DNA from: Neoechinorhynchus agilis
Taxonomy: Eukaryota > Animalia > Acanthocephala
Length of the DNA: 64,000 nucleotides
Reading direction: 5' to 3'
Assembly: GCA_051530055.1 (NCBI GenBank)
Contig: CM121341.1
Span: 4,194,784-4,258,783 of the forward strand
The notes under the pieces were generated by a model that did no database searches, had not been told where the DNA came from, and saw nothing but the letters and a program-made list of their open reading frames with translations. Each line of letters begins with the position of its first letter. Position 1 is the stretch's first letter. The position numbers and the translations under genes are program-made. Positions 12,140 through 25,400 of this stretch are shown here, piece after piece.

Positions 12140-15100
12140 TTAGCTAAAGGTAGGAAATCTGCACAAAATTCGAAGGTTAGCGACGCGTTTTATCGCATTT
12201 GGTAGATATGATTGTGTGTAGGATGACGGGTTTCCTTTAAGAGCCGGGATCATCTCAGACGATTTCGAGAAATTGATCGATAATTTCATGCCGTCGTAGA
12301 AATCTGTAATGTTTAAGATTTCAGCCAGGGTAAACAGACGGTGACCTGTTTGCCGGTGCAGTGCGACTAGGTTGTATCGTCGGAGACAAAGAAATAGACG
12401 GGTTTCCGTTTGAGAGGGGTTTGAGTCTGTTAAGAAAGATGTTGAAGAGGAGTGGGGAGAGGATGGCTCCTTGGGGGACACCTTTTGATAGAAGCATGGT
12501 CCTTGAGGTGGCAGCGTTGCATTTTATGTATTGTGCTCGATTTGTCAAATATGAAAAGATCCATCGAATTTGCCAAGTATCCAGTCCGAAATCGGAACAG
12601 ACTTCGATAAGCTTGTGATCTTCCACAGAGTCGAACGCTTTCGATATATCAAATTGGATAAGGTGTGAGACGAGGGAAGGTTTGGAATCAATATTTTGGA
12701 TGAGCGCGTCATAAATGCAGAGTAGAGCATCCGTGGCTGAATATTTAGAGCGAAATCCAATGGAGCTTAAAGCATTTTTCAGACTTTGGAGAGCACGGGA
12801 AGGATAGAGATGGGGCGAAAAGATGAGGAGGATACTGGAAGTTCATTTTTTGGTAATAAGGTTACCCTGGCCATCTTTAAACATGATGGATAGATTCCTG
12901 ATGCGAAACTATGATTGGCGATGGTAGTCAATGGGTCAATGATTTCCACTATGATACGACGAACAGCCCAGTTAGGAATGTCCGAATGTGGGGATCCGTT
13001 GCGCGGCAGTTTCTTGAGATGCTGAAACATTTCGAGGGAGGAAACTAGTGGGGTAACTTCGAAGAGTCCATATTTTGTGTATTAGTTTCAAGTTGGATGT
13101 CACCGTCGTTTGGTGAGCATAGCTTTGCGTTGATGGAATCGAGGGTCGCCTTTAATTCAGAGGTTGACAGATATGCGAAATGTTCAGGGTTCCGTAGCCC
13201 AAGGGAACTTTTGATTGTATGTCACCAATGTGCGTTTCTCGTGGAGCGAATTCTGGACGAGAGATATTCTTAGCGGGCATTCATTATTTTTATAGAAAGC
13301 GTGGATTGTAGGCGTGGGAAATCGGGTGAATTTTTATGGTAAGCGGCAATGGTTTGTTGTTGGAGTAGCTTCAGAGTAGGACTGAGCCAGGGCGGGTCAC
13401 GGTTAGTGATTTTAACAAATTTCTTGGGGATGCAAGCGGATAAGCAATACCGAATCGCCGAAGTGAGGTCGGACATCGTAACAGAAGGGTCTTGTACATT
13501 ACGAATAGGGATAAAGGGAGCCACAGATTTGAACATTTCTACGAATTTGAAGATGTGATGATCCCGTTTGTCCCACAGGGGAACTGCTGGATATTTGATA
13601 CGAGGAGGTGGGCTAGAAGAGGAGACGAGGACGCAGGAGTGATCTGAGTTGGCGAGTGGTGGTAGTTTAGTAGCGATTGTGCAGGCTTGTATTTTGGAGA
13701 ACACTTTCTCGGGGCGGGATTTTTGCCGTGCAGGAAATTTGGCGAGTTGATGCAGGTCAGAGAGTGGCGTAAACGGAAAAAGGTTGTTAAAGTCGTCTGC
13801 AATGAGGAAGTGGTGTGAATTGTTGTTGTTGAACAGATCCATCAGTGTTTCTATTTGGGCTTCTGCGACCGAGGGGCGAGAATCGGAAGGACGGGAGACG
13901 CCTGCGATAGAGAACTCTCGAAAGCCGTTTCTTAAGTGGGGTGGAGAGATGAATGGTAATGAACTCAAGGTCGGGATGTTGTAGGGAACCTATGCGGGAT
14001 ACTGAATAAGGCAGTAGAGTGCGAACAAATATTGAGATTCCTCCCACTGTTCCGTCTTCGAGATAAGAGTGAAACGCTGAGATCCCGGGCAGGGTGGCGG
14101 AGTCCTTGTTCCTAAGGGTAAGCCATGTTTCGGTTATTATTATGATATCCGCATTGGTGCTTACTGACATACTTATAACCTCATCGAGTTTGGGAAGGAG
14201 GCTGCGAGCATTTGAGTAAAGTATCTTAGGAAAGTATATTTTCTAGGATTGAGGCGATGATTTGTTGAGACCGACTTGGCGTCAGATACGCTTAACTCAG
14301 TGGCGCATAAGGAGCGTTCATGGGATGGATTAGTGGGTGCGAAAATAGATGTGGAGCGTATATCACGGGGAGTGGGCGTGAGAATCGATTTGTCGGATAA
14401 ATTAGGGGTTGCGGTGATGGTCGTTGTAGAAGATACGGAGACGCCCATTGCTGTGCCGACCAAGTTACGGCGGGTTCTTTGGACATATTCCCAAAATTTA
14501 CGGCGTTGGATCCATTTCGCTGGGCCGAGTTTTCTTGAGGGGTCGTGAGCGTAATTTTTGCTGTTGTTGATGAGTTCCCCCCAGAGCTTGAGGATGTTTT
14601 TTTGTGATTGTAAGGTTGAGCTTCCCCTTGGGGCGGAAATGCGATAAGGAAAGGATGATGAGTGCATTACCGCTCCTTTTCCCACAAATAAAGAGGCTGT
14701 GAGCGGAGAGGAGAAAGTGACCTTTAGCTATCGCGGACGTTTAAGGGCTGGATATTTCGTAAGTATCCGGTAAAATGCTACTGGAGTTGGTATGTTTGTG
14801 GAAAATTCCAGAAAGAGGGTTGGGGTTATTTGCATGATTTCTTGGAAGTGGTACAGATTGTTCGGAGGTGGATGATCGGGTATGTGGGCATTCCCCCGGA
14901 TTCTGTGAAATGAAGACGCTGCAGTCTTGTGAATGGGCAGGGGAGTGATGAAGTGGGATAATTCGAGGCGAGCGCGGTGGGCGAGTCAGGGCTGAGGGAG
15001 GCGTGATACATCTCTGAACCGGGGGATTTGTCCTATTTCGGTTCGAGGATTTGGAGTGTCCAGACATTGAGAGCACGTCAAGAGTGTCATCCTTTGCAAC

Positions 15101-15420
15101 GGTCAATTGGATGAAGGATGAAGCTGATTCGATTGTTTGTGGCGAATTTTGTTCGGGGGGAGGGGCCGATTCAGCGTCCGGTACAGTAATGATAATGTCG
15201 GATTCGGCTTGAGTTCGAAGTTGTGGTTTCATGCATATTTCAGCGATTGAGTGTTTAGGGTTTAATTTCGAGAGGATCCTTTCGCAACAGAACCCACACA
15301 TGAAGTCTGCACTAGGATTCTGCGGGATTGTGCCGGAGAGCAGGGTGAATAATGTACAGTCCGGGCTTGAACACGAAATACGTTTTGTGTTTAGTTTGTT
15401 GGATTTTTTGACCATTTTAG
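12140..15420 (-). mobile_element. CR1/L2-like LINE, near full length and frameshifted (Cys-rich ORF1, APE, RT)
   Basis: ORF1 CSSPDC...CGFC; APE DIIIITETWL, ADDFN, SDH; RT RPISILPVLSKV, WIFSYLTNRAQ, GVPQGAILSPLLF. Confidence 0.9.
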
Positions 15421-15479
15421 AAACTGACGAACGCGGATGAAGGATAAACTGGGAAAATTGGACGAGACGTTGAAAGCCT

Positions 15480-16480
15480 CTTTCGAGAAAATTTTAAATA
15501 CTCAGCTGTCGGACGAGGCCTGGCGTCAAGCGTCCTTGCCTGTCGTCCGGCGGTTTAGTTATCCGAAATGCAGCCGTTATTTCTCTGCCAGCCTCTTATT
15601 TGGAATCGTATGAAGCAGGCTGCAAAGTAGCTAAATCCGTTCTTGGTGAGAATTCCACCTTGGATGAAGATTTCGTGGAGGCGCTTAATATTTGGTGTGG
15701 AGATTCAGGCAGCGAGCAAGTACCCGTCAATGATTGCAAACAATCAGTTTAGGACTTTACCCCTGGTAGCGAGAATTCATAACTCTTTGATTTCAGATTC
15801 TCGTGACCTAATGAACTAAACTCCGTTGGCTGCAGTCTATACAAGAGAATCGGGTGTTTGGCTCAACCCTCTCCCAATCGCTTCTGTGGGTATCCTTCTC
15901 TCAGACGAGACAGTAAGGATTGCAATGTCCCTGAGACTTGGGGTACAGATGGACACATCTCATCGCTGAAGTAGCGGAGCGACCGTGGAACCATCGGGAC
16001 GAAGTGGTCTCGTCTGTCGGGAATCAGGCGGAAAATACTCACGACGTGCCGAAATGAACGCAATTCCGAGTCGTGCCCTGAATACTGTGAATGCGCCAAA
16101 CATCCGAGAGCCCAACAATCTTTGCCGACTCGATGGCTGTATACCGGACGGTGTCACAGTATTCCCGTGGCGAGGGGAGGCAAATGCCTAGATTATTAAA
16201 TCAGGAAGAGCAGCAACCGCCGCTGAGGACGCAAAAAGACCAAATACAGGAACTCGGGTGAAAATGATTATTTCGTTCTTTTTGGCATCGAGAAACTCGG
16301 GTCGGTACCGCGGCACAGTACCTGGTCAATGTATTGCCCAAGAAACATGGACGAATCATTGGCGATCCGAGCGCAGGAGCATTCCTCCTCAAAAACAAAA
16401 GCCTGGTTGTGCAACGGGAAGGAACGCTGCATCCGTCCTTTCGACCGTTACACGAGGACGGAACTGAGTGAGTGATCCAG
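15480..16480 (+). mobile_element. CRE-like retrotransposon 3' part (degenerate)
   Basis: AWRQASLPV, EPNNLCRLDGCIPDGVTVFPW and terminal GNAASVLST motifs. Confidence 0.8.
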
Positions 16481-16755
16481 AGCGGTGGTGTGAATGATTT
16501 CATGTCAGCTAATAGATTGAATTTGATCAATAATGGAAAAGTTTGACATTATATTTGATTCATTTTCTATTGCATAAATCAATATTTCTTTTATTTTTAC
16601 AAGAGGTAATTTTTTGGGTTAACACAATCACTTGGAATTTGCTTTTCGATTTCAATGAGTTAATTTTAATGCATGTTTTTTTATTAAGACACCCAAATTT
16701 CACTAATTATAAAACGAGCACATTTATTTCTTAAGCTTAAAACTAACCAAAGCGT

Positions 16756-17193
16756 TCAATTGAGACCAGTACACACCACCATTCCAGTTTCGTCAAACTT
16801 TCCAGTGAGTTTCTTGTTTGCAATCAGTTCTTCAATGAGTCTTTTTGTTTCCTCGACGGATGTCTGCATTGCGTTAGCGACGATTTCAATTGACACTTTG
16901 TAATGTATTCTAAAGTATCTTTCCAAAAATACTCTTTTGGCACTGTCAACGAAATCTTTCAGTTTTGGTGCCAGATTTTCGTCCGACTTTATGAATTCGG
17001 CAGATTCTGCTAAGTATTTACCAGCTTCTTTAAAATCGAATTGAACGAATATACAAATGAAAAACTGATGGATGGGATCGTTATTGGATGCGATCCTTCG
17101 TTGCTGATGGTGATAAAAGTCCGCTACTGTGTTGATAAGATCAAAATTCTGACCGCATTGAATCATTGCATCGATTGCGTATTCGACAGTCAT
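16756..17193 (-). CDS. eIF3e-like PCI-domain-only protein, copy A (145 aa)
   Basis: NDPIHQFFICIFVQFDFKEA...DFVDSAKRVFLERYFRIHYKVSIE resembles eIF3e DPITEFVECLYVNFDFDGA...[22 protein letters not shown]; ATG at 17193. Confidence 0.75.
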   Translation of the reverse strand: MTVEYAIDAMIQCGQNFDLINTVADFYHHQQRRIASNNDPIHQFFICIFVQFDFKEAGKYLAESAEFIKSDENLAPKLKDFVDSAKRVFLERYFRIHYKVSIEIVANAMQTSVEETKRLIEELIANKKLTGKFDETGMVVCTGLN

Positions 17194-17249
17194 TTTTGGA
17201 CAGAACTGATAGTGATTGAGAGTAAAAGTTTGAACCGAGAGTCGACTTA

Positions 17250-17490
17250 TATACTGGGTTTCCTTAGTCTTCGCAGCCAATCAGAGTTCAGGATTTCCCT
17301 TGTTGGGTTGCACATTGCAAAAAACCGGAAATTCCCACCAATACCCGCAGCGATGCCATGCCTGGAAATTCAAAAATTCGCTGCGGGTATTGGTGGGAAT
17401 TTCCGGTTTTTGGCAATGTGCAACCCAACAAGTGAAATCCTGAACTCTGATTGGCTGCGAAGACTAAGGAAACCCAGTATATATATAAGT
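17250..17490. promoter_or_regulatory. Putative palindromic bidirectional promoter (mirrored CCAAT and TATA boxes)
   Basis: CCAAT at 17277-17281 and ATTGG at 17450-17454; TATA(TA)TAAG about 25-30 nt further out and about 55-60 nt before each ATG. Confidence 0.5.
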
Positions 17491-17541
17491 CGACTCTCGG
17501 TTCAAACTTTTACTCTCAATCACTATCAGTTCTGTCCAAAA

Positions 17542-17979
17542 ATGACTGTCGAATACGCAATCGATGCAATGATTCAATGTGGGCAGAATTTTGATCTTAT
17601 CAACACGATAGCAGACTTTTATCACCATCAGCAACGAAGGATCGCATCCAATAACGATCCCATCCATCATTTCTTTATTTGTATATTCGTTCAATTCGAT
17701 TTTAAAGAAGCTGGTAAATACTTGGCTGAATCTGTCGAATTTATAAAGTCGGACGAAACTCTGGCACCAAAACTGAAAGATTTCATGGACAATGCAAAAA
17801 GAGTTTTTTTGGAACGATACTTTAGAATACATTACAAAGTGTCAATTGAAATCATCGCTAACGCAATGCAGACGTCCGTAGAGGAAACAAAAAGTCTCAT
17901 AGAAAAACTCATTGCAAACAAACAACTGACTGGAAAGTTTGACGAAACTGGAATGGTGGTGCGTACTTGTCTCGATTGA
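17542..17979 (+). CDS. eIF3e-like PCI-domain-only protein, copy B (145 aa)
   Basis: Inverted copy of 16756-17193; intact frame; 13 amino acid differences. Confidence 0.75.
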   Translation: MTVEYAIDAMIQCGQNFDLINTIADFYHHQQRRIASNNDPIHHFFICIFVQFDFKEAGKYLAESVEFIKSDETLAPKLKDFMDNAKRVFLERYFRIHYKVSIEIIANAMQTSVEETKSLIEKLIANKQLTGKFDETGMVVRTCLD

Positions 17980-19028
17980 ACGCTTTGGTTAGTTTTAAGC
18001 TTAAGAAATAAATGTGCTCGTTTTATGATAAGTGGAATTCGGGTGTCTTAATAAAAAAACATGCATTAAAATTAACTCATTGAAATCGAAAAGTGAATTT
18101 CAAGTGATTGTGTTAACATAAAAAATTACCTCCTGTAAAAATAAAAGAAATATTTTTTTCTATCATAAATTTGGTTGTGGACAATTTATCTTGCTGCGCG
18201 GCAGGAGGAACGCTGCATCCGTCCTTTCGACCGTTACATCAAGATGGTGGCTGAGCGATACCAGAGCGGTATTGTGAATGATTTTTGCTCCGAGATTAAG
18301 TGAACCTTTATAAGATAAGGTTGCCGTTTGTCAAAAAACTTAAAAACAACTAAAAAACTGCCAGTTTTTAGCTGGTTATCAGCTTTCGATTTCCGAAGCA
18401 CCCATAAAATTCGAAAACGATCATAAACTTTAATTTCACTTGTTCGTTCGTCTAAGTCCGGTGAATCTACGGTCCATGAAGTTGTTCGCTCCTGTGCAGT
18501 TCAACTATAAATTACAGTTATGATAACTTTCAAAAAAGGAAAAAAGAGGTAACTTAAAAAGTTGTCTTTAATATGGGACTTTCCCATGTCCAGCAGCTCA
18601 CTTTTTGGCCGACTCGCGATTTATTTAGACGTCGAGAGTCGTACAAGGAAAGGTTGAGCCGTGCTTATTTTCATGTAAGTTATAAATCGAACTATTTAAA
18701 TTATATAAAACCTCGTTGCAATAATTGTATTTATATCTTTGTTATATAACATCTCAACGGCTGAGCGTTCGAAATAATGTTTGCCCAAAGTGAGATTTCC
18801 TCAAAAATTAGGGAATAATTCGAAGAAGGACGCCTGAATATCTAGGAATCTGACGTGCAGTTTCAAAATCTTATCAACTAAAGTTCGTTAAAGTACCTAC
18901 AAATGTTAAAATAGTTTCTAAGACAAGAAGAAAATACATGCACTTTTAATTTGGATTCTCAAAGGCTTAAAAATGGGTCTTTCGATCCACATTTAATACT
19001 AATTAAATTTCTGCAAGTGAAAATGATT

Positions 19029-19810
19029 TTATCGGTTGCATTCACTTTCGTCTAGCTGTTCATTTGATTTAACATCCCAGCTTAAGTCGCTCCAGCAATA
19101 AGCGCAAATGGCCTTTGAAACTCCTTTAAGATACAACTGCTGAAATTCAAGCATCTTGATGTTCGCCACACTTAATAGTTTCATACTCAAGACATCCAAT
19201 GGATAAGTCCGAGGAATATATAAGCAGGAAAGTCTCCAAGTGTACTTAAGAGCCAGTGTGACCAACTCATCGCACCGAATATCGCATGTTCCTCGAGACG
19301 AATAGCCGCGCCCACCCCAAGGAGGACTAAGAAAAACCAGATCAAAGCATTGGGAACGGAAAGGAGGATAATGGCAGTCAGCAAGAACCAAATCGACTGT
19401 TTTTTCGGTTTCATAAATAGAAGCATTGTGCTTGGCGTATTCGAGAGCGACTGGATCGTGGTCGATGCCAATAGTGAAGTATCGGTTTGCGAAATGGATT
19501 GCATTTCCACCAACTCCACAGTACATGTCGAGACATAATGCACCTTCTTGGAATTGTCGTGGAATCGCTGATTCAGCGATCTGCTTCGCTACGAACTCCG
19601 GCGTCACCGAAAAGAAATCAATATCGTCCCGCATTTTAATACCGCTGTCGAATTGAGTAAAAAGGTTGTATTTATTCGCATAAGGAGGTTTAGTTGCTTT
19701 TGGGCAAGAATCAGGTATCGAGATTGGACAATTCGTATTGTAATCCGTTGGATCTCACCAAAAAAGTCAGAAACTGTTTCAAAAACTTTGACTCCTTCCC
19801 GAAATCCCAT
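19029..19810 (-). CDS. TGS1: Trimethylguanosine synthase (short, catalytic-domain form); probable exon 1 at 19759-19810
   Basis: YNLFTQFDSGIK...FFSVTPE, LDMYCGVGGNAIHFA, VFLSPPWGG; in-frame GT-AG intron 19697-19758 links to ATG at 19810. Confidence 0.9.
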
Positions 19811-20004
19811 TTTCGAATGCGTATTTATGGGGTTTACTTTGACTCTGATATCTCGTAAGAGGTTAGCAATCCAAAGTTCACGAAAATCGTAAAAAGCGCT
19901 CTAAAGTTCGATACAAACTGAAAAAATCTTAATTTTTAGGCGAAAACCACGAATAAAAGTGAATTTCAACATTACTTCGTTTTGGGTGCGTTCGAATGAA
20001 AAGA

Positions 20005-20385
20005 TCAACCTGTCTGTAAACAAAGATGAGATCCACTTTCATATTTCTCCATTAACTTTACAGTATTTTTGATATAACTAATAAATTTTCTTCGATTGTG
20101 AAGCGAATATCCCTCTTGTTCCAAAACATCCAATCCTTCTCCAGCTGATAATTTCCGCTTTTCATTTAATAATGAATCAGAGCCGTTTGCTTGATTTTCT
20201 ATATCAAACAAATGATCTTCCTTCAATCTCGCAATAATGTACTCGTAAATATTCATTTCTGGGTGCAAATAATTAAACTGAATAGGTCCCTTGTGATGGG
20301 AAAAGAATCTACGTGGTACAAAGGCTTTCGTGAAAGATAAGCTCAAATCGTTGTCGAACGTAACATTCATAATGCAATAGGTCAT
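20005..20385 (-). CDS. Hypothetical protein or exon (126 aa)
   Basis: ATG-initiated ORF with protein-like composition; no recognised motif. Confidence 0.3.
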   Translation of the reverse strand: MTYCIMNVTFDNDLSLSFTKAFVPRRFFSHHKGPIQFNYLHPEMNIYEYIIARLKEDHLFDIENQANGSDSLLNEKRKLSAGEGLDVLEQEGYSLHNRRKFISYIKNTVKLMEKYESGSHLCLQTG

Positions 20386-20689
20386 TTTCTGAAAATAAGG
20401 AATAAATATATTAAACCAGCATTTGTATCAACTATCAAACGTCCAAAAAAACAGCAATAAAAAGACTTTGAATTAATTATTATGATGGAATTCAAAAAAA
20501 AGGTTTTTTTATTTGGAAAGCAATTGCCCGAGAGCCTACACAGAGCTTTAATTTTTCTCAATTTCTCTCTATTTTTGAACCAGTGATTGCGCTACAAAGT
20601 GAATCGTTAAGCGATTTAACCTTTGTGGTGATCCAGATAGAAATTCAATTTTTAGTGTTTAATGGGCGACTTATTATTGTAATGTCAAC

Positions 20690-21900
20690 TACAAGGAAAA
20701 TTTATTCAGCGTATCCGCGTCGGAGGATAAACGTCGCAAACAAAAATCCTTTAGAAACCCAGCCCAATCTTGAGGCAATGAGTCAATGTGCCTGAAAAAT
20801 CCTTGAATAAAAAGTGGCTTATGTTCGGGAGGGCGACCTCTAGAATAAAAAACAAGGCTGGCGATAGCCCAAGTTTTCCATAGAGTTCTTACATTATTAA
20901 AATTCAGCCCCAATTTGCATTCGATTTTGCTACTTTTAGAAGTTTTTTCATTTGAGTAATGTCTGTCCTAGGGGACAAATTGACTGTGATCGTGTGTCCG
21001 AGAATACGCAGCTTATTGGGCATAAAAGAGTTGTTCGATACGGATTGAGAATTGTTGGATAAAAGTGAATAAAAGAATAGTTTGAAGTCTGCGTATTCGG
21101 CTTGAGCGGCGTTTAATGATCAATTTTGTTTTCATTAAATTAAGAGAAAGGTTCATGTGAGGTAGTATGGTGTTTAGATACTCTATGGATTGTTAGATTA
21201 AAAGTTTCAGCCTGGCTGCCCTATGAGATTTCATCACAAAACTGGTTTCATCTGCATAACAAATCATAGATGCATTAACTTTGAACAATGTATTGAGAAG
21301 AAAAAAAGGAATAAAGTGGCGATCCTCGTGGAACATCGTTAAGAAGGTAATAAAACGTCTTACCAGTATCATCATTTTAATAAAAAGCTTTCGAGAAAAG
21401 CTTAGGTTATGTGGAACACTGAAAAATTCCAACATTTCAACGACGAAGCTTAGGGAGATTTTGAAAGTGCACGTAGAGGGTACGCATCGTCGCCAAAGTT
21501 CGAATAAATATCAGCCCACGCTGAGTGAACAGACTCAGCCTTTCAAAAAACCATTGGCAGCATTTGGATATGCAGTTGTGCTCCAAGACGAAAAGATTAA
21601 GTTTTTGCGCTAGAGCACGTTCGTAGATGGTGACCAATGGGGTTTGAAAAAAGACCGGGCGGATGTTTTTTCCCATTTTTAACCAAGAAGATGCGCCGTG
21701 AAATATTTATATCCCGACAGGCATACGGGGAACACTACAACATCAATTTTGGTATGGCAGAGAGAAGCATTTGGTTCCTGAAGTGCTGCTGGATGAGGAA
21801 ATTTTGGGATTAAGGAACCAAACTTTGGCAATATCATTCTGAGTCAAATCAGAGCAGTTACGGATTGATCTGCGAAATGTGATCGGCGCTGTGATGCCTT
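20690..21900 (-). mobile_element. Family A LINE RT relic
   Basis: IRPV..Q, ICYADET and YSRGRPPE fragments. Confidence 0.75.
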
Positions 21901-22404
21901 TAGAGCAAGAGGAGGCATGAAAATCAAAGATAGAAGTTAGTATCTGGTCCAAAGTGGAGGTTTTTAACCAGGAGGTTAGCTCTGATTTCCAATTAATGAA
22001 TTTCTTACTCGAAATCGTATTCTACCACTTCGAAAAAAAGGCGCCGCCGAACGCCGTTTGTTGTCTACAGCGAGCTGGCCAGTATTGACTGGAAAGTATT
22101 TTGGATTCAAACCTGCAAGGGTCGCGATGCGCGCTAAAATTGATAAAAATTGCGCTCTACGTTCAGAAAGGAATATACTTGAAGGCAAACTTCGGGATTC
22201 TCCGGGTACCCCGGATCGAAAGGTAGTGATTGATCAAGGTTTGTTTCGGTTTAATGACTCTAACTCCGGTTTTGATGGAGTTTTGGGATCACTACTTTCT
22301 CAAGGTCAGGTGGATGATCATAAGCAACCGGTTGTGATGGAGACAAAAGTTCGGCCCGCAAAAGTAGTTATGTCCTTCGTCCTGTAAGGAAAGAGGATTA
22401 CATA

Positions 22405-25400
22405 GTGATAATCAAAAATGAAGACCTTTCATCAAAAGAAAGTAGGATCAAAACAGTCATCAAAGATTTTGGAAAGTCGTTCCCTATGGATTGTAAAATA
22501 TTTAAAAAAAGTTTCTCCAATCAATTCTCGCAAAAAATTGTGCTTTTCTCCGAGAAATTCAAAAGAGCTTTCATTAAATATTTAACCGAAAAAGAAATTC
22601 CTCACTCGGATCAATCAAGGAATTGCAATGTACTCTTGCTCAATCCGCCTCCCGAGGTAGATGAAAAACGTAAAATTTTTATGAAAGATACGCTTGGAAT
22701 TAATTTTATTAAGTATCTGTTTAAACTTAATAGCCAATTCCCATACGCAATTCTCGGGCAAACGGACATTGACAACGCAAGTAGAAGAGATAGTACCTCT
22801 ACTGGTTTTTGTTTATTTCATATAACTTTTGCCGTTTTCAAGAACCCGATAGTCGAGTACATTTTGTACCGTGAGAATGAGGTAAACTGTACCCATTGCA
22901 GTAGAGAGCATTTGTCCAATCAATGTCCCAATAAATCCAGTAGGAAAGTTGTGAATTGCGGGATGAATCATAAAGCGTATGATCCTAGATGCGGTGAGGC
23001 GAAATATTAAAAAAATCATGAATAGTAGCAAAAATAAAATTTCAGCTTCTGCTATAGTGACTTGTAAATTAATTTTTAAAGAACAAGCTCAAATACATGA
23101 GATGAAGAGGGTTGTCTCTGATTTGGAATGTCTAAAGAGAGAAAATAGTACGTTGAAAGAGGAATTGAAAATATGTCAGAATGTTAACAAGGAACTGTAA
23201 ATCATCAAACTCAAAAATATTGAGCTTAAGAGCTTATTAAGAAATTTGATTACGGCACTGAAAAACACATTTTTAATTTGAAAAATATAAAATAAAATGT
23301 GTTTGACAAATTCTTGTTTAATTCTTGTCTTCAAATGTTATGTTTGTTCGGCAGCTTCCTTGATGGCCGCGGCATTGCTGCGTTGGATCGCCGCGCTGAT
23401 TCGCTGCAACAGGAAGCTGCTGGATCGCATATCGCCGGTGGCATGTTTTAGCATCCCTCCCAGTCGTGAGAGGAAATAATCGGCTTCTTTTCCGAGACAT
23501 CCCAGTGTTTCCACCGCAATCGGGATGAAAATATATTGATGCCCATCGAGCGAGGAGTACTTCTGCTGCTTCTTTTCCTCGCTGAAGCTGGCGACTGCTC
23601 CCGCCTTTGAGGTGGCATCCCGTAAGTGGGATGCTGCGAGCGTGTTGGAGCAGGTGAAATCCAAAACCAGTATTTTCCCGGAGCACCATGGGAGGAGCGT
23701 TTACCTTGTCGATAGGAGAGATAAATGAAATTAAGATTTTATTGGATATTTCGATCCACTATCTCGGATATTCTTCAGCGATTGTTCGCAAGTGTTTACG
23801 ACGTTAGATAGTAGATCGGTGGAAGGTAATGCTACATGTTTAAAGGAAGAAGAGATGGTCAACAAGGTTGAGGGCAAGATAGTCTATAAGGCTGAAGATG
23901 CGCTTAAAAGAGCTCTCTCGATTGCTAGAATAGAAGCCGCAAAACAGAATTTAGGGCCTTTAAAAAAAGAATAATTTTAAATACCAATAGATAGTGTTTG
24001 TTTTGTAACATGCAATATTGGGAAATCCAATAAAATATTTGAAGTAGAGGATTTTTTGAGAAATCAACGGGATTTCTATGCTTGTTTTTTACAAGAGACC
24101 GGACCATCACCGTCATTTTATCCTTCGGAATTTGATTGTTTGCTTACACAACCAGTTCGTTCATCTAGGACGAATTACTCTGGTGGTCTACAATCCTTCC
24201 ACAGGAAAGATATTTGCCCTAAATTATTATCCTTTTCTTAACAATAACGATTATGGAGGACCATACAAAATTGTATGGGTAATTTCTTACCGTAATCAAA
24301 AATGTAAAATTAATAAATCAATGGAGGTAGTCGGGGATCTCCTAGATATTTGGAAGCCTGATATAATTACCGGAGATTCTAATAATAATTTCTTAAATGC
24401 ATTTAGAGGTTTATTTAAGGGTAATTATATTATTATTCTACCTAAGGAACCCTCGTTCCACAATTGGTCAAGAGGATTACACTCATTCCTGGATGGAGCA
24501 ATCATCCAAAACGCCTTAATATCTTATTCTCCCTTGAAATTCAAATGAGGATGCGTTGGCAATCGGGACATAATGTGTTATTTTTTACTAGCTTTGGCCG
24601 AAACTCTCAAAAGACCTATAATATCAATAACAAATCAATTACTTTGTTCAATAATGTGCCTAACGAAAAGATTCCACGAATTGTTAAACGTGTTGAAGTC
24701 CTTACTTGAGTTTAATCGGTTGTGTTGTTTGGCTCCTGAATTGACTTTAAAGGAGACCAAGAGGTTAGTGGTAAATCAGCCCGATCGTACGTTTAATTAT
24801 CTTATTAAATTAGAAATATTCGCCAAAGAAAATGGGTATGATCACATTGCGAAAAATTTTAAATAGAATTATTTTTCCTCACTTTACTGGAGAGAGTTGA
24901 ATAGGGAGAAAATTCTTTTAAATCGTTCAATTTATTCAAAGAGATGGTGGAATATTATTTTAAATAAAAAAATTGGTTGATTGGAAGTCAAAAGCTGAGG
25001 CATGGATAAGGAGTTCCTCGTTTCCACAAGTCGTTAGATCTATTTTAGACTTCCATATTGGCGAGATTCGCCCGACCAATCAATTTCAATGACAACCATG
25101 AGGATTCCGATTTTTTCCCTACTTTAAACGATTTTATAAGAGCTCTTGGGCGCATAATACTTTCTCACTCCCACTTACTATTTTTAACCTGCTAAACGAC
25201 CAAAATAAAACTAAATTATGCGAGAGCTTAGTTTTTAACTTGCGAATTCATCAAATAGCGGAAATTAACAAGGTTAAGCGTATTTTTATTCCTAAAAATA
25301 ATGTTAAGAAGATAACTCAACCTAAAGAGCTTAGACCAATTTCGATTCAAGACCCCTTAATTTCCGTGTTGGAAAGGGCCATTGCCAGTAAGATCGTAGA

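Larger units (their letters stand above)
16581..18153. repeat. About 775-bp-arm inverted duplication with a 24-nt spacer (17354-17377)
   Basis: 16581-17353 is approximately the reverse complement of 17378-18153. Confidence 0.95.

Noticed and set aside
17041-17979. 312-aa ORF as a real protein
   Set aside because: The N-terminal half is the antisense of copy A plus the palindrome centre; the plausible start is ATG 17542, downstream of the TATA element.
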